64,000 nt of DNA from Antedon mediterranea (lineage: Eukaryota; Animalia; Echinodermata). The notes under the pieces are model-generated. The model was not told the DNA's origin. It saw nothing but the letters and a program-made list of their open reading frames with translations, and searched no databases. The stretch is from assembly GCF_964355755.1 (NCBI RefSeq), contig NC_092676.1:26678871-26742870 (forward strand), written 5' to 3'. The position numbers were made by a program, and so were the translations under genes. This document shows positions 35,484 through 50,300 of this stretch, piece after piece; position 1 is the stretch's first letter, and each line of letters starts with the position of its first letter.

Positions 35484-35886
35484 ACAAATCCTTTAACTTA
35501 CTGGAAAAGCTTAAACATTATTCATCATTATCATCGTGATCAACATCGTTGTCATCATCATCATCAACATAGTTTTTATCATCATCATCATTGTGATCAT
35601 CATCAACGTCATGATCATCATCAACATCGTGATCATCATCATCGTTTTCATCATCCTCATCAACATCGTTTTCATCATCATCATCATCAACAACAACATA
35701 GTTTTTATCACCATCATCATCAGCAGCAGCATCATCATCATTGTGATCATCATCATCAACATCGTTTTCATCATCAACAACAACATCGTTTTTATCACCA
35801 TCATCATCAGCAGCAGCATCATCATCATCATCATTGTGATCATCATCATCAACATCGTTTTCATCATCATCATCGTCGTCATCGTA
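35484..35886. repeat. Compound (CAT)n low-complexity repeat
   Basis: Degenerate CAT/CAA/CAG triplets with recurring higher-order blocks (catcattgtgatcatcatc, caacatcgttttcatc). Confidence 0.9.
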
Positions 35887-37958
35887 TCTTATACATCTTC
35901 CGTCACAATATTGTTTATAATCACCATCTGTGCTACCACCATTTCACTAACCCTTTCCATGATTGACATCTACACAACAATACGAGTGACTACTAATGAA
36001 TCACACCCCCAACTTAAAGTGCAACGATATTGTCTTTATATCAATAAGTAAATGAATAATATCGATACTACTTATGACGTCATGCAAAACTCAAAGTACC
36101 CGTGTCACAAACTTGGCCGTCTCCAACTCATGGTCACGTTTGACTACGCAAAGGAAATTATTGGACAGTATTATAACTCTAAGGTGGTGTTTAAGAAGGC
36201 CATTATGCATTCTAATGGGTTTCGTTGGAGATGAAGACAATTGGGGGTGGGGGGGGGGGCGTGCAATCAACCCTGTCCGTAGCCACTTTGCTGTAATGAA
36301 TCGAATGCCATAAATTTAGCATGACAGACTCGCTTAGCAAACTAAACAGACCCTAGTCTTCCACAAGATTCATTTATTCATACGATGGAACGTTTCGACC
36401 TTCTAATCTCTGTACAAGCCATCTATATCTGTGTGAAAGTGTGATGCTAATTTAAACAATTTCCTTTAGGAGTGTAGTTCACATTTTAGAATACAATATA
36501 TACAACAATGCACCTTGCAAAAGTGATGAGTTGCCATAATCTGCACAGGTCAACATATTTCTTCCTCTCCCATTCTAAACTAATCACAATCTAATGTTGG
36601 TCTATGAAACAAAGTAACTAAGTAATATTTAGGCCTATTGCTTTCCACTCTGACAGTACAATTTATATGAAACAGCATAAAATATGAAGGAAAATAAATA
36701 CATAGAATAATATAAACAATTAAGACTTGAGAAAAAAAAAACATGGAAATCAGGGGATAACTCTTTAAGCCCAAAGGCTTGTTTCCAAATAAATAAAATA
36801 TCATATCCAAAAGGTACATCTGAAAAATACAATGCCGTATATCGCTCATTGAAAAAAGATTAGACAATAATATGCATTCATTCATCATCGTCCATCCATG
36901 AAGTGGTTACAATTTCTAGAATGTTGTGTGCCTTACACCAGGGGACGATAACATAGGTTCCTACACGTGGTGTTGGTTAGCAGTCGGAAGATTGATAAGA
37001 GCAACCGAATTCACCTATCTTGTCATTCTTCCCTGGGGGTACAAAAACTATTGTTATCGGAATAAATCAATTTCTTCTGTCTTACACCTGAAAAATGAAA
37101 GTAAGTGGAAGAAGCGGAAATCTGGAAGTGTCTTTAATCTCCTGGTAGCATCAGCAGAATAACGTATGTTGATGTTTGTCGACAACTGCTAAACACAAAG
37201 CCAGGCATACTAACATGGTATTGTGTACGTAGAACAAGGTGTTAACATGCACTTTCTAAAAAGTGGAAGTAAACGCCCTCGCGTTGAGACCATTTGTAAC
37301 TTAATAAATGACGCGTTTTTGATCGCAGTAACAGTTTGGATATTTCCTTTAATAAGTGCAATATAGTATCAATATAATATACACCATATTTGTCATTCTA
37401 ATTATAAATAATTGTATCTGAAATAAAAACCATTTGTTTGCGTTTCCGAAGCTGAAAAATTGGCTAAACGCCTACACATGCGAACTTTAATGGACTGCAG
37501 ACATTTCTGGCATTCAAATATTAAATGAGTATACATTACGACACTAAGAACAGGAAACCAGTCATTTAGTCGCTGGCTGTTGATGGGATTATTTGAACAA
37601 GTAGTTAGAAAGTCAACTAAGTACGATTTATTCCCAGTCAGGTTTGCATCGATTGAACTGATCGTTTGTCCAGACGTTTCAATCACAATATTTTATTTTA
37701 TTTATTGAATGAGAAAGCACAGCAGGGTTTCTTTCTGACGTCTGATACATTTAAGACACCGACTTACATCAGAGAAAGTTGCGGTGTTTAAAGAGTCGTA
37801 ACAATCTTTAAGGCAGACGACTTTTGGATGTATCGTGGGGACAAATATTTTGCGGGAACCTACCGTGGAATGATTTAAATATAATTATAGGCCTAGATAC
37901 GGTACACATCATCTTGGATTTTTATAAAAACGAAGTTATTCAGTATTCAGAAAGTAGA

Positions 37959-40900
37959 ATGTCTGTCAAGCCAGCGGAGAAGAAGCTTCCACCAAGAGGC
38001 CTGCATTACCACGTTTCGAATTTAAATGATATTGATCCGCTAGGCCTGGATTCATCAAGGTGTGATGTGAGTCAAAACAATACAGTTGTCGATTACATGA
38101 CAACAATTGAGAGAAAACATTATGAAAATCAGAACTTATGTAGAAAGAATGGTATAAGAGGACACAGAACGAAAGGCGGAGGGATAGAGAAGAAGAGGTT
38201 AAAACGTCCAGCGCCTCCTCCACCAACGCAGTCGACAACGAAGAAAACTTTAAAAGACATAGCGGAGGAATATTTAACTAATCTTGATTCAGATTATGTT
38301 GTTACCGACTTGAATTCCGTCACCGACGGAACGGATGCTACGGAAAGTTTTTTACAACTGACAACAGAACCACTGATGTCGAAAGTTGATGACGAACATC
38401 TGTACGACTCAATCTCAGGACATTACAAAAAGAAAGAAGTAAATGGATGTGGTAGGCCTACTCCTGAAAAACAAGATGCATACTATCTAGATATTATTGA
38501 TGATTACAGCCAAACGGCATTACCGACATCTTCAAATTCGTACGATGAAATAAAATGCAAAACGTTGCCTCTTTCGGAGCGCACAGATCTATCGCGATCT
38601 GGCAACTCGTCCGCTAACAGGGAATTCTTGAATAGGTCTAAACAGATCATGATGACAGAGGTGGTGTCGAAATTGCCCGCTATACGGAACAGACGATTGG
38701 TAGCAATTTGTGTAGCATCAGTTCTTCTTCTATGTTCAATATGGCTAATAACGGTTGCAACAAAACCAAAAAGTGAGTATACAGAATTGATTACCGACAA
38801 CGTCATTATTTTTAAACTGTTGTTAAACTCGTTTAAAAGTATTCCTTTCTAGATCAATTAAGGCCCTACACTTTGAAGATCAAGATAAGTAGCTCTAGGC
38901 TCATTGCCACATGGCATGTTGCCACTCCGGGCCATAACCTAGTTTTACCTCGATTGGTCAAGCATATTACTCGTTGCATCACTAGTGCCGCTTAAGTAAT
39001 TTTGTTAATACAGTATAAGAATTCTTTTTAAGTTACGGATTCAAATAGTTCAAATCTTAAGGAAAGGAACTTCGTTTCAAAATAATACCATCAACTTCTT
39101 GACGGCCTATACAAATACTATTCTAATGTCAAATATTGTTTTATTTAGGTACAAATCGAGTGATCTTTCCAACACAGACACATCAACTTGTAGGTGGCAC
39201 GGTATTTGACCAAGGTAAGATAATTGCCAACTATAAAGATATAATATCAATTATTTATTGCAAAAAATGCCATTTTGTTTTCTAACGTCTTCTACTATCT
39301 ACAGTACAGTTGTTTATAAACATATTTTTTTATTAATAAATTTGTTAATATTCAATTTAAATACATTTTAGAAAGAAAATTAGAAAAAAATTGGCTTGTT
39401 CTTGTGTCTGAAAGCCTACGCCTAGCATATTTTTCAAGCGAAAGTCTGAAAAGTGTTTGATGATAAGTATGATAAAGCAATTCCGAGAACGAATTTGTTG
39501 GAAAAGAATCAAGTATTTAGTAATGAATTCCAGATTGTATTTTGGCGAACAGAGAATTGAATTGGCTGATGATAATTTAAAAGAATCAGTTAGGCCTACT
39601 TATATTTGCATTATCGTTTACACAGTCTCTCCTTACCTAAACATATTATTTCTTTATTTCCACAAAAACAATCTGATATTCCCAATTACAATACAAGATT
39701 TGCCAAAACTAATATTTTATCCGAAAAGAATAAGCATACATTTAAATTTGAAAAAAAATAATTTTACAATGACCCGAAATTATTGAATTCCTTAAGCATT
39801 TCATTTAAATCTCTAATATCTAATCTTCCTTCGTTCAAATATAACCTAAAGAAGTATAATGGTTGCGGCTTTATGGCAATTAAATCTCCTGCTTATGTTT
39901 CTTAATATTATTAGTTGTTGTGTGTATGAGAGTTTGGTGTAATGGTTATGTATCCAGCCTCGCACAGTTGAGATCGCTGGTTCAAGTCTCGCTGATGTTT
40001 TTAGTCGCGTGGAAGCGACTCTATAGTTCACTAAGTCGGTCGGTCGGTCTGTCTGTCTGTCGGTCTGTCTGTCTGTCTGTCGGTCCGGTATCACTATGCG
40101 TTTTATCGCTTTATGACCTTATCTTGATATCAGTTTAATCTAGCTAAGTAAATTTTTCACAGAATATTCCTTATGGCCAGGAATCGATGTGGTTATGTTT
40201 TCACGGTGCGCAATAAAAAATTACGCGGTCTACGCACGATTTAACGAAATCACGTTTGTAATCATATCTTAACAACCATGAATCACAATTAAATAAAATT
40301 TGGTACTCATAAATTTCAGGGCATAAATCATCATATGGCAATACAATTACGTGCGTAGCGCATGTAACGCATGCGTACGCGCGCTTAAAATTTTCAAAAT
40401 TTATTTTCGATGAAATAAGAGTACGTTTCAGGCAATTTTAAGCGTTTACAAAATTGCCATGAGTGCGCAGATTTTTGCGCGCGCACTGCGCGTTAAATGT
40501 TATTGCGCACACTTTTTGCCCGATTTCTGTTTTTTCTTGAATTACTTTTCAACTCGAAATTACGTTATACGAGCACGTCAAATGTGACAGGCTACGCACG
40601 TGTAAATTAAAAAAATATAAATGTTTTTAAACATTTCAACATTTTTAAACATGTTCAGTAATTTCGGTCAGTATAGTTCACTATGTCGGTCGGTCCGTCT
40701 GTCTGTCGGTCTGTCTGTCTGTCGGTCTGTTTGTCTGTCGGTCCGGTATCACTATGCATTGTAGCACGCGACTTAATGGCTGTTGGCTTTGTTTTTTATT
40801 ATTTCAGTGCGCAGAAAAACAATACAAACAAACAAACAAACTGTCAGGTTTCTGCAAACAGTTCTAGTTGTTTGTGAAGAAACAGAATACATTAAGTCGT

Positions 40901-42472
40901 AGAATTATGCCACCACCGGTAGGCCTACATTACGTTTGATTGTTGAATTGAGCTTTCGTTGAATTATCACCATTAAGTTATCAAATCAAATCAAATCTTT
41001 CGGAAATAAATGTCATCCTTTTATCCCTGGTTAAATTTCAGCGGAAGTTTTTAATATAATTAAATAATTACTCCCAATTGTATCAAGTGATACCGTATCC
41101 TTCTACTGCGTGTCTATTTCGGGCGTCGCGTTGAACCGCTCACATACATCACGTGATATAAACAGCGTTCAATTTGCAACATAATTTCATAATCTTTGAG
41201 TAACCTCGCCTAACTTAAAAGGAAATTAATATAACAGTGTAATTATATAATATCTATTTATTAATTAACTGTCAAGGCTAATTGAGGCGGTTTTCTAATT
41301 TACGAATTGCGTAACTTACCATAGTTCAATCAAGGAAGGGTGAAAAAAAAATGGTCTAAGTAGAATTTAAGAATAAATGAAGTAAAAGTGTACTTGCACT
41401 CTTCCCTCATGGTTCAATCAAGTAGATACCGGTAGCGAATTCAAACATTTAATATTTATAAAAAATCTCACCAAAGCTATAAATAATGACAATGTTAAGT
41501 TAATCAGTTAATCATAGGTGAAATTATCGGTCGATCATTACTCCGTCTGTATTGTCTGCAAGACTACTATATTCAATTAGTCTGGATTTTTGTCGTTTTT
41601 ATGTTCGTATTATACGAAATATATAAACGCCATATGTGCCAAAATATTTATCTTTTTACTAATTTCGGTCTAAGCTTATACGTTCAATAATGTATCAGAA
41701 TCTCTAAAATTAGTCAAAGTCGGCGCTGTTGTATACGTTTGATGATTAACGATTGTGAGAATTTCCTATTTACATGGAGCAGCAGTCTGAGTTCAATCAG
41801 ACATGTTCCGTCCGTTTGTCATGTTTCCATAATCGTAATATCAGTTTTCTAAATTGATTATGTCCTGATTTTCCCATTATTCTTGTTGTGTGAATGAGAA
41901 TTGCCAATGAATCTTGTCAAGACGAAGAATATAGAATTAGTTTTTATAAATTCTATGTCTTAATAACGATATTATTACGGTATATTATATATATCATACA
42001 TATCATTCCACCTGGTTTACGTAAACTAAAGAGTTTTTAAAAATCATCAAGAACTCTACGCGTGCGTACAAAAAGTTCTAGGCTACCATTTAAGTAGGCA
42101 CATTTATTATAATATATATGCTTATGTGGTGCGCGTAAGCATTTGTGGCGAATCCGAAAGAAAAAACCCAACCCAACATCACTTAGCCTACCATACAACA
42201 GTATAGAGAATACTTTACGAGAATTGGAACTGTTTTTTTCTCTTTCAGTAACTATCCCAGAGCCGACACCATCAGTCAAAGTTATTCCGCAAAGTGATTG
42301 TATTCAAGATTGTAGAGAGAAAGCGCGAGTAGTTATATGTGCTTCGAATCGGATGACGTACGAAACGAGATGTGACTTTAAAGTAGCCAAATGCAAGAAC
42401 CCAGGCCTTTCAGTGATGTATAATGGTTCATGTCATCGTTCTGCATCAAGCGATGAATCGGAGGACGATTAG
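37959..42472 (+). CDS. Type II single-pass membrane protein with Tyr/Pro-motif cytoplasmic region and C-terminal Kazal domain
   Basis: Exons 37959-38772, 39149-39214 and 42249-42472, GT-AG and phase 1 at both introns. TM LVAICVASVLLLCSIWLITVAT follows RNRR. Kazal pattern CIQDC..ICASNRMTYETRC..AKC..YNGSC. The start codon is inferred. Confidence 0.75.
39997..40795 (+). mobile_element. HINE/DINE-1-like element inserted just after a tRNA-SINE head (about 39928-39995)
   Basis: T-rich ends, subterminal inverted repeats AGTCGCGTG (about 40003) and CACGCGACT (about 40765), and (GTCY)n microsatellite blocks duplicated at about 40022-40099 and 40673-40757. Confidence 0.75.
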
Positions 42473-43832
42473 CTTATTCACACGGAACAATATTGATTAG
42501 TTAAAAAATCGGGGCTCAGAAAATGGGAACGGGGAGAGGCATTGTTACCAGAAAGAGGAGAGGGTTTTGAGTGTGAAAACGTTCTCCTCGCTATCAAAAT
42601 GTACTTTGATTTATTAAGTATAGAATTGAAAGACAGTATGCCATAGACAATCTGGTATTTCATATTCGATTCTGTCACTTTAATACGTAATATATTTGGT
42701 GATTGCAAAACGCAGTATGTTTTTACTCACCGTAGTAAGCTGAGCCCACGCCAAGCACGTATACCATCACTTTCTTCTGAACAACAATCCCGTACACATG
42801 TGGCTGTGACATAATATTTAAATATTTATTTAAATTACGTAAAAGGCGATGCGTACCATCATTAGAATAACCTACAACGTGTACACATGTGTTGCTAGAG
42901 ATTACAACCTTCAAAACAGGATAGAGCATACAGCCCCCCCCCCTCCCCCACCATTACAATAGTTCCTACACTATTTAGCACGTGTGTTAGTGAATGTAAT
43001 ATATTAAAAACGTTATTGTATATTATAATTATTCTATAATACTAGAATATATATTAAAAACAATATATTTTGTAAATAATCTGCACCATAAGCAATAAAT
43101 ACAAATTGTTAGGAAATCGTAATGCGTTTTCTTTGTTATAAATAATTTTTAAAAAGGCAATTATTGTTAAATATTTGTTTTGTCGGATAACAGTAATTCA
43201 TCCCGTGACTTCGTTCTCGTGACAGAATTAAGTTGGCATCATACTCGCCTACATACCTTATTATATAGTATTCTGCGGTTTTCTGTACGCGTTTTATAAT
43301 ACAATTATCTAAAGCAAAATAAATGGTCAGGAACCTGAGTTTGCCAGGGTCTCGTGAGCTAATTTCCACCGTAGAGTATCAGACATAAACTGTACAGAAA
43401 TATATTCAGAAACGAATTATATTTCAAGCTCTGTCTACACTATCAAACTAGTTTGACAAAAAAAGTGTGATGTGCTCAAAATAGTAGTGATATGCTCAAA
43501 TATGGTAGTGATATGCTCAAACACGGTAGTGATATGACATCAAGTCCATATGGGCACAACGTATTTTTTTCACATAAAGTTTGATAGTGTAGACAGGGCT
43601 TATATTAAGGTAGGAAATGAAGGCGGGATATCAACTTACAATAGATTTAAACTATGCCTGTTTTTAAACGGATTAGGAAGAAATGGATCCGAAATGAATG
43701 AAATGAAGATAATGCACGACGAATATGAATAAGATTATGATATTGATGATGAGATAAACGCAATGATTATGATAAAGATAATGACAATGATATCCCGTAT
43801 ATACATCGAAAGATGATTGTTATAAATATTAA

Positions 43833-44191
43833 TCTTGGTTCCCATGCACTAGAAACGTAGGCGCAGCAAAGTGAGTTGACCAATGACAAGCGACGGCCGG
43901 ATGATGATCCACCGCGCCGTGATTGGTCACAAATTAAGCGTGGTTTCCACTAGAGACACAATGCAAGGACGTAGACGCAGTGCAAAGAGTTGACCAATGG
44001 CAAGCGATGGATAATCCATCGCGTCGTGATTGGTCACAAATTAAGCGTGGTTTCCACTAGAGACGCAATGAAAGGACGTAGACGCAGTGCAAAGAGTTGA
44101 CCAATTAAAAGCGACAATTCAAATTATTGATCGCTTGTCATTGGTCAAATCGCTTACGTTACTCTTACGTCCAAGATGTTGGAGTCAAGCT
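43833..44191. mobile_element. MITE family B with a triplicated left arm
   Basis: ggttyccactag..gacgcag..gagttgaccaat..gattggtca repeated about three times. Related copies at 51279-51462 (TIR gcttggttctcactag / ctagtgggaaccacgc) and at about 34812-34938, nested in a family A MITE. Confidence 0.65.
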
Positions 44192-44850
44192 ATAATACAA
44201 TTTACCGTGAAACAGGAACTCTTTTTCGTTTATTATGAATAAAAAACATTTTATTAATGCGTGGTACGTTCTACTTCGATAAGAATGGAAAATAAATTAT
44301 GTAAATAAGATGAGTAAAAAGTGCGGCAAACTTTCTTTCAACTATCAACTGCCTTGTTTCATCCAGTCCACGCAGACTACATTGAAAGTTGTTGTACGGA
44401 TGTGAAAGTGTCGCAATTACAGGGAGTCATATCCGAGATTACAGTCAAATTATTGTTTTAACACTGGTAACCATTTAAGCTACCTAAACTATTGTTTAGT
44501 CTTGTGTGTTAGAATGTCAAACCGCTTGCTATTGCTTTGTTTGGGGAAAAAACGTTTTATTGGTTAAGATTTGAATTTGTAATAAATATTGTTCTCGTCT
44601 TTACTCCATGATCTATCTAAACAAATTTTTAGAAATTGATATTTTTGGTATAAATTATTATTATTTTACCGTCGTAAAATTTTTTTTTTTTTAAAGTACA
44701 AACAACAAATAGAAGTTACATAGGCCCTACATGAACCTAATATTTTATACACCTTACCTTACCGTAAAATCTTTCATTATAACCAATACTTACATTTTGG
44801 AAGAAAGAAACTAATTATCCTTATCGTTAATATAATTATATAAGTCGGTT

Positions 44851-45017
44851 GCCGTATTCACCAATCACACTCAAGTGAGATGTTTCCCTTAAATACTAAG
44901 TATCACTTAACTCTATAAATATTTAGTATTCCTCTTAAATTGTTTTCACTTAGGAGATTTTTTTTTATTATAAAGGTACGTGTTTCCCTTAGCCTAAGTG
45001 TGAATGGTGAATACGGC
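44851..45017. mobile_element. Small MITE
   Basis: Inverted termini gccgtattcaccaatcacact / agtgtgaatggtgaatacggc. Confidence 0.65.
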
Positions 45018-47372
45018 CACTGGTATACTTGGGACGCCCTATTCAAATGTACCCTTTAATGCGTTCTACTGTTTTCACACGTACAGACGTACATTTACAC
45101 ACAAAAAACCGTCGCCGAAATTAATAGCACAAATATTTATTACGTCACTATATGGACGTCGGGCTATCACTCATCCGAAGAATAATATAAACATCCTGAT
45201 CTAATCATTGTTGGATGTTTTCATAAGAGCAAGCAATGTCTAAAAGATCCTATTGTGTCATTGTGGAAGTCAACCACACCCGGTGGTGTACATAACCAAA
45301 TGCCAACCAAAAGAACCCTGGTTGAGTCTGTAAGAGTTCGTAAAACTTTGTTTACACTATCAAGCTTTATATGAAATATATGAGATGTGCCCATAATCAT
45401 GATGATGTCATATCTGGCATATTTGGGAATATCACTACCATATTTGGAAATATCACTACCATATTTGAGCACATCACACTTTCTTTGTCAAACTGGTTTG
45501 ATAGTGTAGACAGAGCTTAACACTTGAAAGCAGGTCGAAGATTTCTAAGGGATTCGATTATTAAGAAATTATTAAAAGAAAATGTTGTGTGAAACGGATT
45601 TTAAAATGTGTACACGCGCACCGACTCTGTCACTGACCAATGAAAAAGCATACTGGCATGAGAGAAAGAAAATGCTGATGGAAACGGATTTTACAATGTG
45701 TACGCGCGCGTCGACTCTATCACTGACCAATGAGTGAGTCGGTCACTAATTAGATATGTGATTAAATCAAACACGCCTTATTCAAAAGGAAATTAATAAT
45801 TCATTAATTAAATTTCTATCACGTGTGAAAAAAGCGTAAAATAATACAATTAAATCACAAAATAAACTATATACATGGATTGTTTAATCATAAAAATTGA
45901 ACATAAAAGATGGACATTAAAAAACTATTATTGCACTAAATTGTAAAGGCATCGTTCTAAAATAACCTTAAAAAATTATGTTCAACGTAATATTTCTATT
46001 TTCTATAGAATATTGTGTATAAAAAAGAAATAAATATTAACAACACGAGCGGATGTAGTAAGCTCGCATGCGCGTATAAAAAACACACGCACACACACCA
46101 GATTGTCTTATTCCAATACTGACAGGTTTAAAATCAAAGGTTTATCATTAAATTTCCGACAAGGATGAATTTCTTGCAATCTCTATTTAGAATAAATAAT
46201 TTATCTTATTACAAATTTGGGTTAATCGTGAAAATATTAACCTGTTTCTAGTACGAACTTATACACACGTGGGAATAAGACGTAGGGGCTAATGGAAAGG
46301 ATATTTGTGTATATCTGAATCTATTAATTGTATTTCCTGAGCAATTTAAGCCATTAGTATTATTAATAACATATTCTATCCTGAGACACAATGTTTCTAA
46401 TGACAAATTACAACTCCACTCCCAAAGACTTGTAATAAGACTTTGTTTATGTAGAGCATCTTTTGTATTGTTTGTTTTGTGAACCTCTGAGGGTCCCTAA
46501 TGATCAGAAATTGCTGGATGGATCACCCTCATCAAATATGGTAAAAAAATATATATACATTGATAATAACTTGGTCAGAAGTAATTCTCGGGTTGGACTC
46601 GAACCCACGACCTCCAGATCCTTAGCCTGGAGAGTAGGGCAAAACATCTGACCAATTACTTAACAACTGATACAAAGCTACTCCAAAGTAGTTACAAACA
46701 ATTACAATATATAGATAATAAATTAAATATAATAAATATTAATACTTTGGAAGCAATTTTATCTTAAAAAAATGTCAAATTGACAACACTTAATTTAGAT
46801 ATTAATTATCAAATATTTAAAAGCATTTATAAAATAAAATCAAGCTGTTTTCTATCTATACAATTGGGTTAAGAATTTAATGACATAAAATAAGCACACA
46901 AGGTATTTATGTTGCTTTGTGTGCAGCACAATACGAATTCACTAAGAATTAAATACTAAAAACATAAATTTTATAAAACTGGGTGTTTATTTTGTGTGTT
47001 CTACACTTATTTTCAACCATCATGGGGTAGGACCCTGTATTTGTACTTGGTTTACATTCAGTGCTTGGCACATACAACATAAAACACACAAGTGAATAAT
47101 ATATATATATATACATATAACATACATACATATAACTACTGTATATATCATTATTCACATGATGTGTATCATTTCTCTCTTTTTTTCTTTTATGAATCAC
47201 AGGAAAGGTTTCTTACTCTGCAGATCTGATACATTTAACTTCATATTATAGTATTTATTTGTTAGCAAAAGAAGACAATTGATTTTGTGACTCAAACCTT
47301 TTGCATATAAACCATAAAATGGGTCACAGGATAATTCTGACCTTCTCATACATCGACTTATAAGACATAACT

Positions 47373-50300
47373 TTATTTCTTCCAAAAGGTTGATCGTTGA
47401 GAGGAGCGTTTGAAGGAATTGCTAGCAACAGAGCCATTTTGTTGAACACTGTAGATAAACGGTGGGTTAGAAAATGCGACAGAGGCCACTGCTGGTTCCT
47501 TGAATCTAAGGGTACGATTTGATGATGTTCCAATACCCTGTTAAAGATAACAACATCATTATAGCATTAATTTTTTCCTTATATAAAAATGGCTTGTCCA
47601 ATATATTTTCCAGAAGATTACGGGGTTACCCATGTTTACTGGTCTATCTCAGCCCCTGTGGTTTGTGGTCGGGGCTCTACTCTGGTAACCGTGGGTCCAT
47701 AGAGAACCTAATCCGAATTTCCTCAATTGGAGACCGAATTTCCTAAATTTGAGGATGAATAGCAAAATTTGAGGATGAATAGCAAAATTTGAAGATAAAT
47801 AGCAAAACAAGCAATACTAATCTTACCTTTTTCACAGCTTGTTTTTCCTGCAAGTTAGCTTTCATCACAGCCACTGGGTAGGACTCAAACTGGCTTGTGA
47901 TTAGAGAAGGAGATGTGATCTTACTGACCTCTCGCGGATTCTGTGTTACACTTGCTACATCTCCATTCTGCATCTGTGATCGTATCCCTCCCACGTCGGT
48001 TGTTTTCAATACTGGCGGTTTATTTACTTCAACCTCTAACTGATTGTTTAATTTCTTATGAGACGTGCTTAGCGAATGATTCACCTGATATTTAAGCATC
48101 GATTCAACTCCACCTCGATTGCTTAAAGATGGAACAGACGAAGAAAGTCTCGGAGAATGGTTACTCCGCATGCTGTGAAAACTATGTTCTCTTGGAGTTA
48201 TTAACGCACGTCCTTCAATTTCAGGTATTATATTTTGATTGTTCATCGCGGACAACATTGTATCGTCCATAGAATTCCTAGATAATTTCCCTTGTAATTC
48301 AAGGCGTGAGACGTTAAAGTATTGTCGTGGGTTCCGTGCAATCAGAAATCGATCATTGAGCTGATGTTTATTATCCAGTAAATGGTTGTACTCGACTGTT
48401 CTTCCAATATTCGTAGGTGATACAGATTCAGGTTGATATAACGAACCTAATGTTTTGTTTTCAATTTCAATGGATGGTGAATTGTCCGACTTTCGGAAAA
48501 TGTTCATACACTGTTGCGGCTTTTCAACAAACATATTTTCTGCATCGCTTTTCACGTTTCCCTGATACAAATATTGTTGCTTGTTTTGAACATGGCGAGC
48601 GTGATTATAAGGTATTGATCTTTCATCGCTTACAATTCTTACGTTTCTATTTTCGGTTAAATTATTTACATTGTTATAATTAACATTCAAACCAGCTTTA
48701 TCTGAATGTACCTGAGGTTTGTCATTCTCGCTTTTAAAACCACTGGGAGTACTATCGCTATTTAATTTACTATCCGTAGGTTTTTTCTGCGTATTTTCAT
48801 CTATCTTTTGAAGACTAACTTCATCTTGATCATCATCGTTACTCGCATTCGTTCGTTTATCTGTACTACTTATCGCCGGATCGGGGTTACTCTTTGGTCG
48901 AGGACCATCGCTGCGTAAATCACTCGAACCACTACTCCTTAAACTCATGGCGGAGCTGCTTCCTGATCCATCTCGCTTAACGAACTTCATTGTAGGCTGA
49001 CCCTCATACTGAACCGTACCTTTACTGTTCTGCATAATGACTGCATTGCCATAGAAATTCTGCGCGTTTGAGAAATGATGGGAACTGTTTGCCGTTTTGT
49101 ATTTGAAGCTAAAGGTGGATGGATCCGATATAGGGGTAGATTCGGTGTTGCATCGATGTGCTTTTACTGCTGTGGTACGTAGGCTGGGTTTATCTTCCTG
49201 TTTAGTTGTAGACTGTTCGGATGAACTGAGAGAGGAAATTCTACCATCTGCCTGATGAATTGTATTCTAAATTAGAACACAAACTTTATATTTGAAATAC
49301 AGACAAACGATGATACAAAATCAGGGAGAGAGTTACATTGTATAACCACATGCTTAAATTCATGCCATCGGATTGGTTACTAATAGTGGTCTATAATAAC
49401 ATTTTGTCGGTAGAAAATAGGTAAATGCATTCCAATAATATATAAAGAATATAACTATGATTATATACACCAATGTTACTTTTTTCCAAGCATTAATACT
49501 ACCAAATAGTGAATAAAAAATGTCTTACTGGTTGCTGTTCTACCGTTTGGATAACAGTCGGCCGGGGAATGGAGGTTGTGACGGTGGAGTGGCTAGGGAC
49601 AGTGCCTCCGAACTGATTAGTGATGTTGAACTGAGGTGTTTCACTAAAGGGAGAGAGTTGATTTTTGTGGAAAATGAGTGCAAAGCAGTGGTGAACAAAG
49701 CATATACCAAGCAAATAGAAATGAAAGAAAATTGGATATTGCAGCTTAGTCTAGGTTTTAAATATTAGTAAAAAGATAAATATTTTGGCACATATGGCGT
49801 TTCATACATATACTACTTGAGCTCGTAATTGAAACGCCGACTGGTGGACTAACATAAAAAAGACAATACAGACTTGTGGCAAATCTAATTGTGGCTGTGC
49901 TAGGTGTACGACCCAGAGCTGACCCCTGTCAGAGGAAAAATCTGTGAATCCGAGAAAGCTATTAAAATATACTCATCTAAGCACCATTAATTTCTGAGGT
50001 TGCTTCTCCATTCCATAGTATCTAGGCACTTGTCTAGTAGCTTGAGCCATTTATAAGGAAAGCACTGGCATTATCTTTGACCAATTAACCATGGAGGTGT
50101 AAATTATACCTCCATGAATTAAGTTACACCAACTGGTAGCCTACCCAATGTTACACCATATAGTGTTGGCTGACATGATGGTCCAATCATAGAGATATTA
50201 TTATAGTTCACTATAATATCTATATGGCCCAATGTAGCGAAAGCATTAAAAAGTGTTTTTAAAGCTCTGTCTGCACTGTCAAACTAGTGTGATGCGCCCA

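Noticed and set aside
35445-36051. His-rich, Met-rich and Ile-rich ORFs
   Set aside because: All are readings of the same (CAT)n repeat in different frames, with no splice or domain support.
46574-46652. Possible tRNA gene on the minus strand (also the heads at 8764, 24899, 39928 and 51687)
   Set aside because: A B-box is present but no complete cloverleaf; better explained as SINE heads.
47743-49035. 430-aa ORF as a standalone gene
   Set aside because: Bounded by an acceptor near 49267 and a donor near 47826, and lies in line with the AGBL2-like exons, so it is treated as an internal exon.
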